Below are positions 1-7,065 of a stretch of 32,000 nt of DNA, piece by piece. This DNA comes from an uncultured Selenomonadaceae bacterium (GTDB lineage Bacteria; Bacillota; Negativicutes; Selenomonadales; Selenomonadaceae). The notes beneath the pieces were generated by a model. The model saw nothing but the letters and a program-made list of their open reading frames with translations. It was not told the DNA's origin and did not search any database. The position numbers were made by a program, and so were the translations under genes. Every line of letters begins with the position of its first letter. Position 1 is the first letter of the stretch. Location of the stretch: the NCBI GenBank assembly GCA_964611665.1, contig CAZTAP010000002.1, forward strand, positions 1-32,000, given 5' to 3'.

Positions 1-2
1 GC

Positions 3-1304
3 ATGCTGTACTGGATCGGAAAAAGGCGGGTTCTGTGCAGCCTGATCTTCTGGTCAGTTTTGTTTTTTACCTGTCCGGTGCTGGCTGCCGGACATGTTGA
101 TGAAGTGGCAGCAGAGGTTGATTCTTCTGCGCCGATTCCGGCGCTGGTTCAGGGCCGTATGCAGATGAGTGTTCAGGCCATTGCTGAACAGCTGCTGTCT
201 GGCCGGTCTTTGTCGGATTTGACGGCGCGTCAGGCACAGGACGAAGCGACAATCCATGAGGTGTTTGACAAGGTTTTGGTAGGCTACTCGGTGCAGCAGG
301 TAGAAATCGTGCCGGGCGAGCGTACCGTAGTACATGTGCGGCTGCTTCCCTGGCGGGATGTGATCCGGCAGACGCGGGTGGATATTTCCGTGGAAGGCAT
401 GCCTCCTGAAGTCGAGGCGCTTGTCCGAAAAGACCTGCAGGGTGTGGATGAGGTTTTTCGCCAAAGCCTGGACGGCCTGCCGCTTGCAGCTGCGGACTGG
501 ACCAACGGAGTGCTGAAACACAGCCTGAATGACTTCATGGAGCAGCATCTGCCGGAGTTCCGGGCCGATTTTGATGTGGATCCGGAGCGGGATACTGTGG
601 TGCGGCTTGTGGTCTATCCCAGGCTTCCTGTGGTACGTACCGTGGATCTGAATATGCGTTCTTCTACTGTGCCGAATTTCACTTTGCTGAATCATCGTGA
701 ACTCATGCAGGAAAAGGCGGATTTGCTCATTGGCGTTCCGGTTGCCTTTTTGGCGCGTCATGAGGAGGCTTTTCGGCAGATGCTGGAACAGGCTTTGGAT
801 TCGACGGCTGATTTTCGGGCGTATGCGATGCATACGCAGGTGGGGATCACTATTGGAGAAAATGTTACGCTGATGAGCCGCTCGGATACAACACGTTACC
901 GCTGGCGGCTGGAGGGCTGGGCTGATGTCCATCATGACCAGAAGGCCGGGCAGAATAAGGATATCCGCTTTCGGATGCACATGGGACAGATGCTTTCTCC
1001 GACAGATGAGTTCTTCATCTTCTCGGATTTTTATCCGCAGGATATCCGCTGGGAATGGTCGGCGGGAATACGGCATCGTGTTTTGATGCCGCTTTGGCTG
1101 GAAATCCGTTATGACATGACGCATCAGCGTTTTGCAGCAGGGCTGAGTGATCAGCTGGGGCGGCGCTGGCAGCTTCGTTATGAATACCGCTGGTTCGATC
1201 AGCAGGCCGAGTTTGGCCTGCGTTATAAGATGCATGATTTTTTGAGCCTGGAATATGTCCGTGACAAAGAGGATTCATGGCTGCGCTTCATAGGAGATTT
1301 TTAG
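3..1304 (+). CDS. Putative outer-membrane protein of unknown family (signal peptide, ~260-aa periplasmic region, C-terminal beta-barrel-like region)
   Basis: 433-aa ORF. The N-terminus looks like a signal peptide (KRRVLCSLIFWSVLFFTCPVLAAG). The last ~140 aa show alternating hydrophobic/polar strand-like segments and end in ...SWLRFIGDF, with the terminal Phe typical of an OMP beta-signal. No family recognised by eye. The ATG is at nt 3, so the true start could lie upstream of the window. Confidence 0.6.
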   Translation: MLYWIGKRRVLCSLIFWSVLFFTCPVLAAGHVDEVAAEVDSSAPIPALVQGRMQMSVQAIAEQLLSGRSLSDLTARQAQDEATIHEVFDKVLVGYSVQQVEIVPGERTVVHVRLLPWRDVIRQTRVDISVEGMPPEVEALVRKDLQGVDEVFRQSLDGLPLAAADWTNGVLKHSLNDFMEQHLPEFRADFDVDPERDTVVRLVVYPRLPVVRTVDLNMRSSTVPNFTLLNHRELMQEKADLLIGVPVAFLARHEEAFRQMLEQALDSTADFRAYAMHTQVGITIGENVTLMSRSDTTRYRWRLEGWADVHHDQKAGQNKDIRFRMHMGQMLSPTDEFFIFSDFYPQDIRWEWSAGIRHRVLMPLWLEIRYDMTHQRFAAGLSDQLGRRWQLRYEYRWFDQQAEFGLRYKMHDFLSLEYVRDKEDSWLRFIGDF

Positions 1305-1348
1305 GATGCTGCAGGATGAAACTTCTTGGCAGGAAGGCATATCCGCTC

Positions 1349-1377
1349 TTGAATAAGAAAAGAGAGTTTGCTATAAT
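1349..1377 (+). promoter_or_regulatory. Sigma70-like promoter: TTGAAT, 17-nt spacer, extended -10 TGcTATAAT
   Basis: TTGAAT at 1349-1354, a 17-nt spacer and TATAAT at 1372-1377 preceded by TGc. It lies ~90 nt upstream of the first skp start, in an AT-rich gap. Confidence 0.6.
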
Positions 1378-1466
1378 AAAAATGTTTTCCAGCAGACTTG
1401 AGAGATCATTTACAGAAGTCCTGTGAATGATTTAAAGAACACCCGCAAGGGAAAAGGAGAAAAATT

Positions 1467-1934
1467 ATGGTTAAATTAGAAAAGAAACAGGTAAAGATTG
1501 CTAGCGTGCTCATTGCACTGGTATTCATCGGCAGTGTGGTTGCACTTGCACTTACGCAGTCGGGTTCAGGAATTGCTTCGGCAGCTTCCTCATCTAATGT
1601 CGGGGTAATCGATTATCGTGAAGTTATGAGCAAGCATCCGGATGTGAACAGCCTGAATACACAGATGCAGCAGGCCGTAGCTGATGCACAGAAGGAATTC
1701 CAGGAGAAATCTGCGAATATGAGCGATCAGGAAAAGAGCGACTATTATCAGCAGACTCAGCAGCGTCTGCAGCAGAAGCAGCAGGAACTCTTCGATCCAA
1801 TCCAGAAGAGCGTTGAGGCATCGGTAAAGTCCGTTGCAGAAGCAAAGGGTTTGACGGTTGTGCTCGATAAGAGCAGCGTCGTATATGGCGGCCAGGATAT
1901 CACACAGGATGTTGAGAATAAAATTTCCAAATAA
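1467..1934 (+). CDS. skp: Skp/OmpH-family periplasmic chaperone, paralog 1
   Basis: RBS AAGGAG lies 7 nt upstream. N-terminal hydrophobic signal or anchor. Core begins VGVIDYREVMSKHP, continues with a Q/E/K-rich helical region, and ends AKGLTVVLDKSSVVYGG.DIT.DV, which is typical OmpH layout. It sits upstream of lpxD as in other diderms. Confidence 0.85.
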   Translation: MVKLEKKQVKIASVLIALVFIGSVVALALTQSGSGIASAASSSNVGVIDYREVMSKHPDVNSLNTQMQQAVADAQKEFQEKSANMSDQEKSDYYQQTQQRLQQKQQELFDPIQKSVEASVKSVAEAKGLTVVLDKSSVVYGGQDITQDVENKISK

Positions 1935-1957
1935 GTCAGCTATATAAGGAAACCAAA

Positions 1958-1990
1958 ATGCCGAGCCAGTCATTGCGCTCGGTATTTTGT
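1958..1990 (+). terminator. Rho-independent terminator-like hairpin after skp paralog 1
   Basis: ATGCCGAGC ... GCTCGGTAT forms a stem (one G-U pair) followed by TTTTGTT. It sits immediately before the RBS of the next gene. Confidence 0.55.
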
Positions 1991-2007
1991 TGAAAAGGGG
2001 GGATTCG

Positions 2008-3090
2008 ATGGCGGAGGAAGAAAAGAATATAGGTGCTGGTGAGGTCAGGGGCTGGTTCCGAAAATCCCGCAAAAAAATTGCAGGAGCAGCGGTGCTGGCT
2101 GTTTGCCTGATTATTGCAGGTGCCTGGCTTTTTCGCAGCTATGGGCTGCGTCCGTCAGCGGCAGTTCCCCGGGACAAAGCCGAGATTGGCATGGTTGATC
2201 TGCAAAAGGCCATGAAGGCTCATGACGCTTATTCCCAGCTCAGGGAGCTTCAGGAACAGCGTGAGGTTATGGCAGCAGACCTGGCCATTGAGTGGGAGGA
2301 AGCTGCTGCAATCCATGCGCCGGAAATCGATGCTGCGCCTTTTGTTACGGATGTGCAGCAGAAGGCACAGCAGGAGCAGGCTGCGCAGGGCGGTGAACTG
2401 GCAGGAAAACGGCAGGAAGCCATCAAGGCAAAGCGGGCGGCAGCAGCGCCTGGTTATGAAGCTGCAAGAGACAGCATCGACAAAGAATATCTGAATGCGA
2501 TATTCAATCTTCGGATGAAGCTGGATAATGCGGATGCGATGCATCTTTCTCCAGTGGAATGTGCTGATCTCCAGCGTGCTTTGGAGGATCAGCAGCATGA
2601 GCGCGGTGAACGGCAGCGCGCTCTGAAGGAACAGTATGAGGGTGCAATCCGTGCTTATGCTGCCGGCCTGCTGCAGCAGGATGAGGCACAGCTGCAAGCG
2701 AAAAAGCAGCAGGATGATGGTCAGTCTGAAGCAAAGGCTATGGCTGAGCAGACACAGGCACAGGAGCGCAACGCAGCTGCCATGCAGCAGGATATGATGC
2801 AGACAGATAACCGCGCACAGCGCATGTCGGAAAAGAAAGCGGCTTTGGCGGCTAAGGATGCGGAGATCAAGGCAATGGAAGAGCATATGCTCAATGATAT
2901 TGCAGGCAAAGCAGCGAAGCTTGCTATCCTGCATCATCTGACCCTGATCCTTTCGAATCCTTCCGTGAATCTGCAGGCCGTGGATGTGGGGACAATCCAT
3001 ATCGGTTCCTGGCCGGAGAAGTACATACCGGCAATCGGTGTCGGTACGATAGACCTTACGGATGATTTGATTGATGAGTTGAGTGAATGA
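2008..3090 (+). CDS. Elongated, membrane-anchored Skp/OmpH-like protein (paralog 2)
   Basis: The ATG at 2008 is preferred over the track's TTG at 1987 because the G-rich RBS GGGGGG (1997-2002) lies 5 nt upstream of it. The tail RKSRKK plus TM segment IAGAAVLAVCLIIAGAWLF fits a positive-inside anchor. IGMVDLQKAMKAHDAY aligns with the N-terminal motif of the flanking Skp paralogs. AAKLAIL...IDLTDDLIDEL aligns with their C-terminal motif. Between them lies ~240 aa of Q/A/E-rich predicted helix, versus ~80 aa in the neighbours. Confidence 0.7.
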   Translation: MAEEEKNIGAGEVRGWFRKSRKKIAGAAVLAVCLIIAGAWLFRSYGLRPSAAVPRDKAEIGMVDLQKAMKAHDAYSQLRELQEQREVMAADLAIEWEEAAAIHAPEIDAAPFVTDVQQKAQQEQAAQGGELAGKRQEAIKAKRAAAAPGYEAARDSIDKEYLNAIFNLRMKLDNADAMHLSPVECADLQRALEDQQHERGERQRALKEQYEGAIRAYAAGLLQQDEAQLQAKKQQDDGQSEAKAMAEQTQAQERNAAAMQQDMMQTDNRAQRMSEKKAALAAKDAEIKAMEEHMLNDIAGKAAKLAILHHLTLILSNPSVNLQAVDVGTIHIGSWPEKYIPAIGVGTIDLTDDLIDELSE

Positions 3091-3118
3091 TTTTGAATTC
3101 AGAAAGAAGAGGACAAGC

Positions 3119-3559
3119 ATGAAATTGAAGAAAAAAGCACTGGCAGTGATGCTCGGCGCGATGGCTTTTATGATGGTGGCCAGCGGGTGCGGTAAGGCAA
3201 AAATCGGGTATGTCGATGGTGAACGCATCATGAAGGAAGCACCACAGATTACCGCAATCGTGGAAGAGGGAAATACCAAGCTCGCGGAGTCAAGAAAAGA
3301 AATCGAAGCTGATCTGGCCCAGAAGAAGACCAGCCTTTCAGACAGTGATTATCAGAAGGCTCAGATGGAAGCACAGTCGAAGCTTATGGCTACACAGCAG
3401 CAATATTCGACCCAGATGAAGCAGAAGGTTGATGCTGCGGTTGCCGATGTTGTGAAGGCACAGAAGCTTGATGTCGTAGTTGATAGTGAGAAGTCTTCGA
3501 AGCTGGTCATTGAAGGCGGCTATGACGCTACCGACGAGGTTATTAAAAAGCTGCAGTAA
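3119..3559 (+). CDS. Skp/OmpH-family chaperone, lipoprotein-type (paralog 3)
   Basis: The ATG at 3119 (RBS AAGAGGA) is preferred over the track start at 3083. Signal peptide with lipobox-like MMVASGC. IGYVDGERIMKEAP and AQKLDVVVD...DATDEVIKKL are OmpH-like. Confidence 0.8.
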   Translation: MKLKKKALAVMLGAMAFMMVASGCGKAKIGYVDGERIMKEAPQITAIVEEGNTKLAESRKEIEADLAQKKTSLSDSDYQKAQMEAQSKLMATQQQYSTQMKQKVDAAVADVVKAQKLDVVVDSEKSSKLVIEGGYDATDEVIKKLQ

Positions 3560-3574
3560 GGGGAAGGTTGCACG

Positions 3575-4594
3575 ATGAAAAAAACTTTAGGGGAAATTGC
3601 TGAGCTGCTGGGCGGCAGACTGGCTGGAGAAGGCAGCATCGGGATTACTGGCGTTACCAATATCGAGGAAGCCGGAGCTTCGGAAATGACCTTTGCGGTT
3701 GAGCCTCATCTTGAAGAGGCAAAAGCATGCAAAGCGGCAGCTGTGCTGCTGCCGGAAGGGGCAGGTGAGTTCCCGCTGCCGGCAGTTTATGTTGCTGAAC
3801 CTCGCGCGGCTTTTGCGCGTTTGCTGCAGATTTTTACACCGGAGCTGGAGTTTCCGGCCGGAATCAGTCCGCAGGCATATATTGCTGATACGGCAGAAAT
3901 CGGTCAGCATGTCACCATCCTGCCGTTTGCTGTTGTGGATGCACATGCGACAGTCGCGGATGGTGTGACACTTTATCCGCATACTTACGTTGGACAGTAT
4001 GCTGAGATCGGTGAGGACTCACTGCTTTATTCGAATGTTACGGTACGTGAGCACTGTCGTGTGGGTAAACGCTGCATCATTCACAGCTCGGCGGTCATTG
4101 GCTCGGATGGTTTTGGCTTCACGACGAAGGATGGCGTCCATACGAAGGTACCGCAGGTAGGCAATGTGGTGCTGGAGGATGATGTCGAAATCGGTGCGCA
4201 CGATGGCATCGACCGTGCCACGACGGGCTCTACCGTGATTGGTAAGGGAACCAAGATTGATAATCTTGTACATATCGGCCATAATTGCAAGATCGGACCG
4301 AATAATCTCATTGTGGCACAGACCGGAATTTCCGGCTCGACCGTCGTAGAACATAATGTTACGTTCGGCGGACAGGTTGGGACGGTAGGTCATATCCATA
4401 TCGGCGCGAATTCTGTTTTTGCAGCCCGTACGGGAATCATCGGCAATATGCCGGAGGGTGTGTTCTGTGCAGGCTTCCCGGCACAGCCTCATCAGGAATG
4501 GCTGCGCATGCAGGCGGCAATGAAGCATTTGCCGGAGCTGGTGAAAAAGCTGCGGACAATGGAAAAGAAGCTGGCAAAATATGAAGAGAAATAA
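3575..4594 (+). CDS. lpxD: UDP-3-O-(3-hydroxyacyl)glucosamine N-acyltransferase
   Basis: N-terminal LGEIAELLGG.L.G....I.GV motif, long left-handed beta-helix hexapeptide repeats and a C-terminal helical tail. Position downstream of skp. Confidence 0.95.
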   Translation: MKKTLGEIAELLGGRLAGEGSIGITGVTNIEEAGASEMTFAVEPHLEEAKACKAAAVLLPEGAGEFPLPAVYVAEPRAAFARLLQIFTPELEFPAGISPQAYIADTAEIGQHVTILPFAVVDAHATVADGVTLYPHTYVGQYAEIGEDSLLYSNVTVREHCRVGKRCIIHSSAVIGSDGFGFTTKDGVHTKVPQVGNVVLEDDVEIGAHDGIDRATTGSTVIGKGTKIDNLVHIGHNCKIGPNNLIVAQTGISGSTVVEHNVTFGGQVGTVGHIHIGANSVFAARTGIIGNMPEGVFCAGFPAQPHQEWLRMQAAMKHLPELVKKLRTMEKKLAKYEEK

Positions 4595-5249
4595 AGAGGG
4601 CGCTGCTGAGCAGCGCTCTTTTTTTAGAGCATGCAGGAAAAAATATGGTATACTATGGATAGTATTTTTTTGCCTTGCTTCTGTTTCTGTACAGGCAGCG
4701 CCTTCGATGGGGGCTGAGACCGGCAATCCGGTGACGCCTTCGGCTGACCTGCTGCGGGAAGGACAGGCGGCTTTTGGCTGGCAGGAAAAGGGAAAGGAAC
4801 GTTCCTTTCAGCTGGCGGCAGCACCGGCTGAGCGCTGGGAAGTCAGCCTGCAGAGGTCTGCTGCACACGATGACCGGGCCGGGGTCAAATTTGCCGTACA
4901 GCCGGAGAGTATCTTCAAGCCGGGCATTGCGCTTGGGGTGGAGGATCTGTCTGCAGAAAGGCAGCGGTCCGTTTATGGTGTGGTCAGTAAGACGCTGCCC
5001 TATGGCGTACGCCTGCACGCAGGAGTTGGAAACGGACGGTTTCGCGGGCTTTTTGCCGCAGCGGAAGTGAGGCTTTTTCCAAAGGGCAGACCGGGAGTCT
5101 TTCCGGATACCTCTGTTTATGCGGAGTATGCCGGAAAGCATGGCAGCCTTGGCTGCAGGGTATCTTTGCTGCGGGGCGCTAAGCTCAGCTTTGGCGTAGA
5201 AGGGCATGAGCATTTTATCGGGCTGAGTTATGTTTATGATGGATTGTGA
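4581..5249 (+). CDS. Hypothetical secreted protein (possible small outer-membrane beta-barrel); start uncertain
   Basis: 222-aa ORF. RKKYGILWIVFFCLASVSVQA|AP is a good signal peptide, but the only in-frame ATG upstream of it is at 4581, overlapping lpxD by 14 nt. The mature ~180 aa are rich in G/V/R strand-like segments (GIALGVEDL, YGVVSK, GVRLHAGVGNGRF, LSFGVEGHEHFIGLSYVY). No family recognised. Confidence 0.55.
   Translation: MKRNKEGAAEQRSFFRACRKKYGILWIVFFCLASVSVQAAPSMGAETGNPVTPSADLLREGQAAFGWQEKGKERSFQLAAAPAERWEVSLQRSAAHDDRAGVKFAVQPESIFKPGIALGVEDLSAERQRSVYGVVSKTLPYGVRLHAGVGNGRFRGLFAAAEVRLFPKGRPGVFPDTSVYAEYAGKHGSLGCRVSLLRGAKLSFGVEGHEHFIGLSYVYDGL
4596..4627 (+). terminator. Rho-independent terminator-like hairpin at the lpxD stop
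   Basis: GAGGGCGCTGC TGA GCAGCGCTCT followed by T7. It lies inside the 5' end of the only ATG-initiated reading of the next ORF. Confidence 0.55.
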
Positions 5250-5264
5250 TTTTGGAGGAGAACG

Positions 5265-6125
5265 ATGACATATTATTTGGCAGTTGTGTTCAGCAGGCTT
5301 TGCTGCCTGCTGCCTGCAGGAGCCTGTGAGATGCTCGGACGTATGCTGGGCGGCCTGCTCTGGCCATTTGTGCCAGAAAAACGCAAACGCATGGCGAGGG
5401 AGAATATTCGTGCCTGCCTGCAGGTGGATGAGAAAGAAGCGGAACGGATTGCGCGGGAGAGTGCTGTCCGGTTTGGCCCCATGCTGTTTGAGGTCTTGCG
5501 TTTTCCCGTGATAAAGGATAAAATGGATCGCTATGCAGAGCTTGAAGGTGCGGAATATATGCGCGAAGGGCTTGCCCTGGGACGCGGCGGCGTGATCGCT
5601 ACAGCACATAGCGGCAATTGGGAACTTTTGGGCGGTGTGCTGGCAAAGGCAGGGTTTCCTATTGTGGGCGTGGCGATGAAGCAAAAGGAAGCTGCGATGG
5701 ACCGCTTCATCAACGATTACCGGCGTATGGTCGGTATGCATATCACGTATAAAAGCGATGTGCGTGAGATGTTCCAGATGCTTAAGGAAGGCTGGGTCAT
5801 CGGTCTTCTCATGGATCAGGATACGAATCGCCGGGATGGCATCGTAATGGACTTTTTTGGGCGTGAGACCAACTGCGTTCCGGGGCCGGCTTCGCTGGCC
5901 CGCTTCAAGAATGCACCGATTTTTCCGGTATTCATTACGCGCAAAGCGGATGGCACGCATCGGGTCATCATCCACAAACCGGTATTCGTAGAGCATACGA
6001 AGGATAAACATGCAGATATCCGGAACACGACCCAGGAACTTACGAAAATCATTGAAGAGCATGTGCGTGAGCATCCTGAGGAATGGTTCTGGCTTCATGA
6101 CCGCTGGAAATCCATGCGGCCATGA
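5265..6125 (+). CDS. LpxL/HtrB-family late lipid A (Kdo2-lipid IVA) acyltransferase, copy 1
   Basis: RBS GGAGGAG. N-terminal membrane segment. The catalytic HX4D/E motif appears as TAHSGNWELLG. The C-terminal EEHVREHPEEWFWLHDRWK is typical of the lauroyl/myristoyl acyltransferase family. Confidence 0.85.
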   Translation: MTYYLAVVFSRLCCLLPAGACEMLGRMLGGLLWPFVPEKRKRMARENIRACLQVDEKEAERIARESAVRFGPMLFEVLRFPVIKDKMDRYAELEGAEYMREGLALGRGGVIATAHSGNWELLGGVLAKAGFPIVGVAMKQKEAAMDRFINDYRRMVGMHITYKSDVREMFQMLKEGWVIGLLMDQDTNRRDGIVMDFFGRETNCVPGPASLARFKNAPIFPVFITRKADGTHRVIIHKPVFVEHTKDKHADIRNTTQELTKIIEEHVREHPEEWFWLHDRWKSMRP

Positions 6126-6135
6126 GAAGAAAAAC

Positions 6136-6164
6136 TTGCGTGACAGACGAATGTTTTGTAAAAT
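6136..6164 (+). promoter_or_regulatory. Candidate sigma70 promoter: TTGCGT, 17-nt spacer, TAAAAT
   Basis: TTGCGT at 6136-6141, a 17-nt spacer and TAAAAT at 6159-6164 with TG immediately 5' of it. It lies ~30 nt upstream of the lpxC start. Confidence 0.45.
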
Positions 6165-6194
6165 AGAAAGGTATAAAGTCAGGGGGATTTTATT

Positions 6195-7028
6195 TTGCAA
6201 TACCAAACAACAATTGGAGAAGAGGTTTCTTATACGGGCGTTGGACTGCATTCCGGTCTAGATGTGCATATGCTGCTGAAACCTGCACCAGTGGATACCG
6301 GCATTGTCTTTGTACGCACGGATCTGCCGGACAGACCTGCTGTACGGGCCGCAGCCTGTAATGTCACATCGACCTTGCGGGCAACGACAATTGAAGAAAA
6401 TGGCATCCGGGTATTTACCATTGAACATCTGATGTCTGCTTTTCAGGCAAAACGCATTGATAATTGTTATGTAGAGATGGATGCAGAGGAGCCGCCTGTA
6501 GGGGATGGGAGTTCTCTGCCGTTTTTTGCGCTTTTGCAGAAGGCCGGGACCGTTGAGCTTGACCAGGAACGCAGGGAAGTCATCATCGACCGTGTGTATC
6601 GTATCGATGACGGAGAACGTTTCGTCATGGTACTGCCTTATGATGGTCTGCGTGTGAGCTTTACTTCTTTGAATGAACATAGATTGATTGGCATTCAATA
6701 CGAGGATTTCGAGATCAACGAAAAAACTTATGCACAGGAAATCGCGCCAGCCAGAACCATAGCCTATGAGGCAGAAATCGATGCATTGCGTAAAGCTGGT
6801 CTTGGACTTGGCGGTACCATGGAAAATGTTATCGTTTATAATGATAAGGGCTGGCTGAATAAGCTGCGTTATGAGGATGAACTCGTGCGGCACAAGATTT
6901 TGGATGTTCTTGGTGATCTGCGCCTGGCAGGAATCATCCGCGGACATGTGATTGCGGTGAAGTCCGGACACGAGCTGAACACGCGCCTGGCCAGGCAGAT
7001 TGCGGCGTCATCTTCTTGTGCCGGGTGA
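6195..7028 (+). CDS. lpxC: UDP-3-O-acyl-N-acetylglucosamine deacetylase
   Basis: TTG start with RBS AGGGGGA 7 nt upstream. QTTI...V.Y.GVGLHSG..V...L.PAP.DTGIVF and HKILD..GDL are classic LpxC motifs. Confidence 0.95.
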   Translation: MQYQTTIGEEVSYTGVGLHSGLDVHMLLKPAPVDTGIVFVRTDLPDRPAVRAAACNVTSTLRATTIEENGIRVFTIEHLMSAFQAKRIDNCYVEMDAEEPPVGDGSSLPFFALLQKAGTVELDQERREVIIDRVYRIDDGERFVMVLPYDGLRVSFTSLNEHRLIGIQYEDFEINEKTYAQEIAPARTIAYEAEIDALRKAGLGLGGTMENVIVYNDKGWLNKLRYEDELVRHKILDVLGDLRLAGIIRGHVIAVKSGHELNTRLARQIAASSSCAG

Positions 7029-7065
7029 GAGATATATTTAAATGATTGAGGAAGAGGGAATAACT

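Noticed and set aside
1987-2007. N-terminal extensions given by the ORF track at 1987, 3083, 7042, 7667, 9382, 14689, 17281, 19298, 23398 and 26819.
   Set aside because: In each case a downstream start has a properly spaced Shine-Dalgarno sequence and yields the canonical family N-terminus or signal peptide. The extension overlaps the upstream gene or a terminator, or lacks an RBS.
4631-4671. Frameshift or pseudogene reading of ORF 4581..5249, with an ATG at 4631 or 4655 in another frame joining the signal peptide through the T7 run.
   Set aside because: This requires assuming an indel or slippage with no direct evidence, and neither ATG has an RBS. An intact in-frame reading from 4581 exists. 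I kept this as an open alternative in the findings rather than calling a pseudogene.
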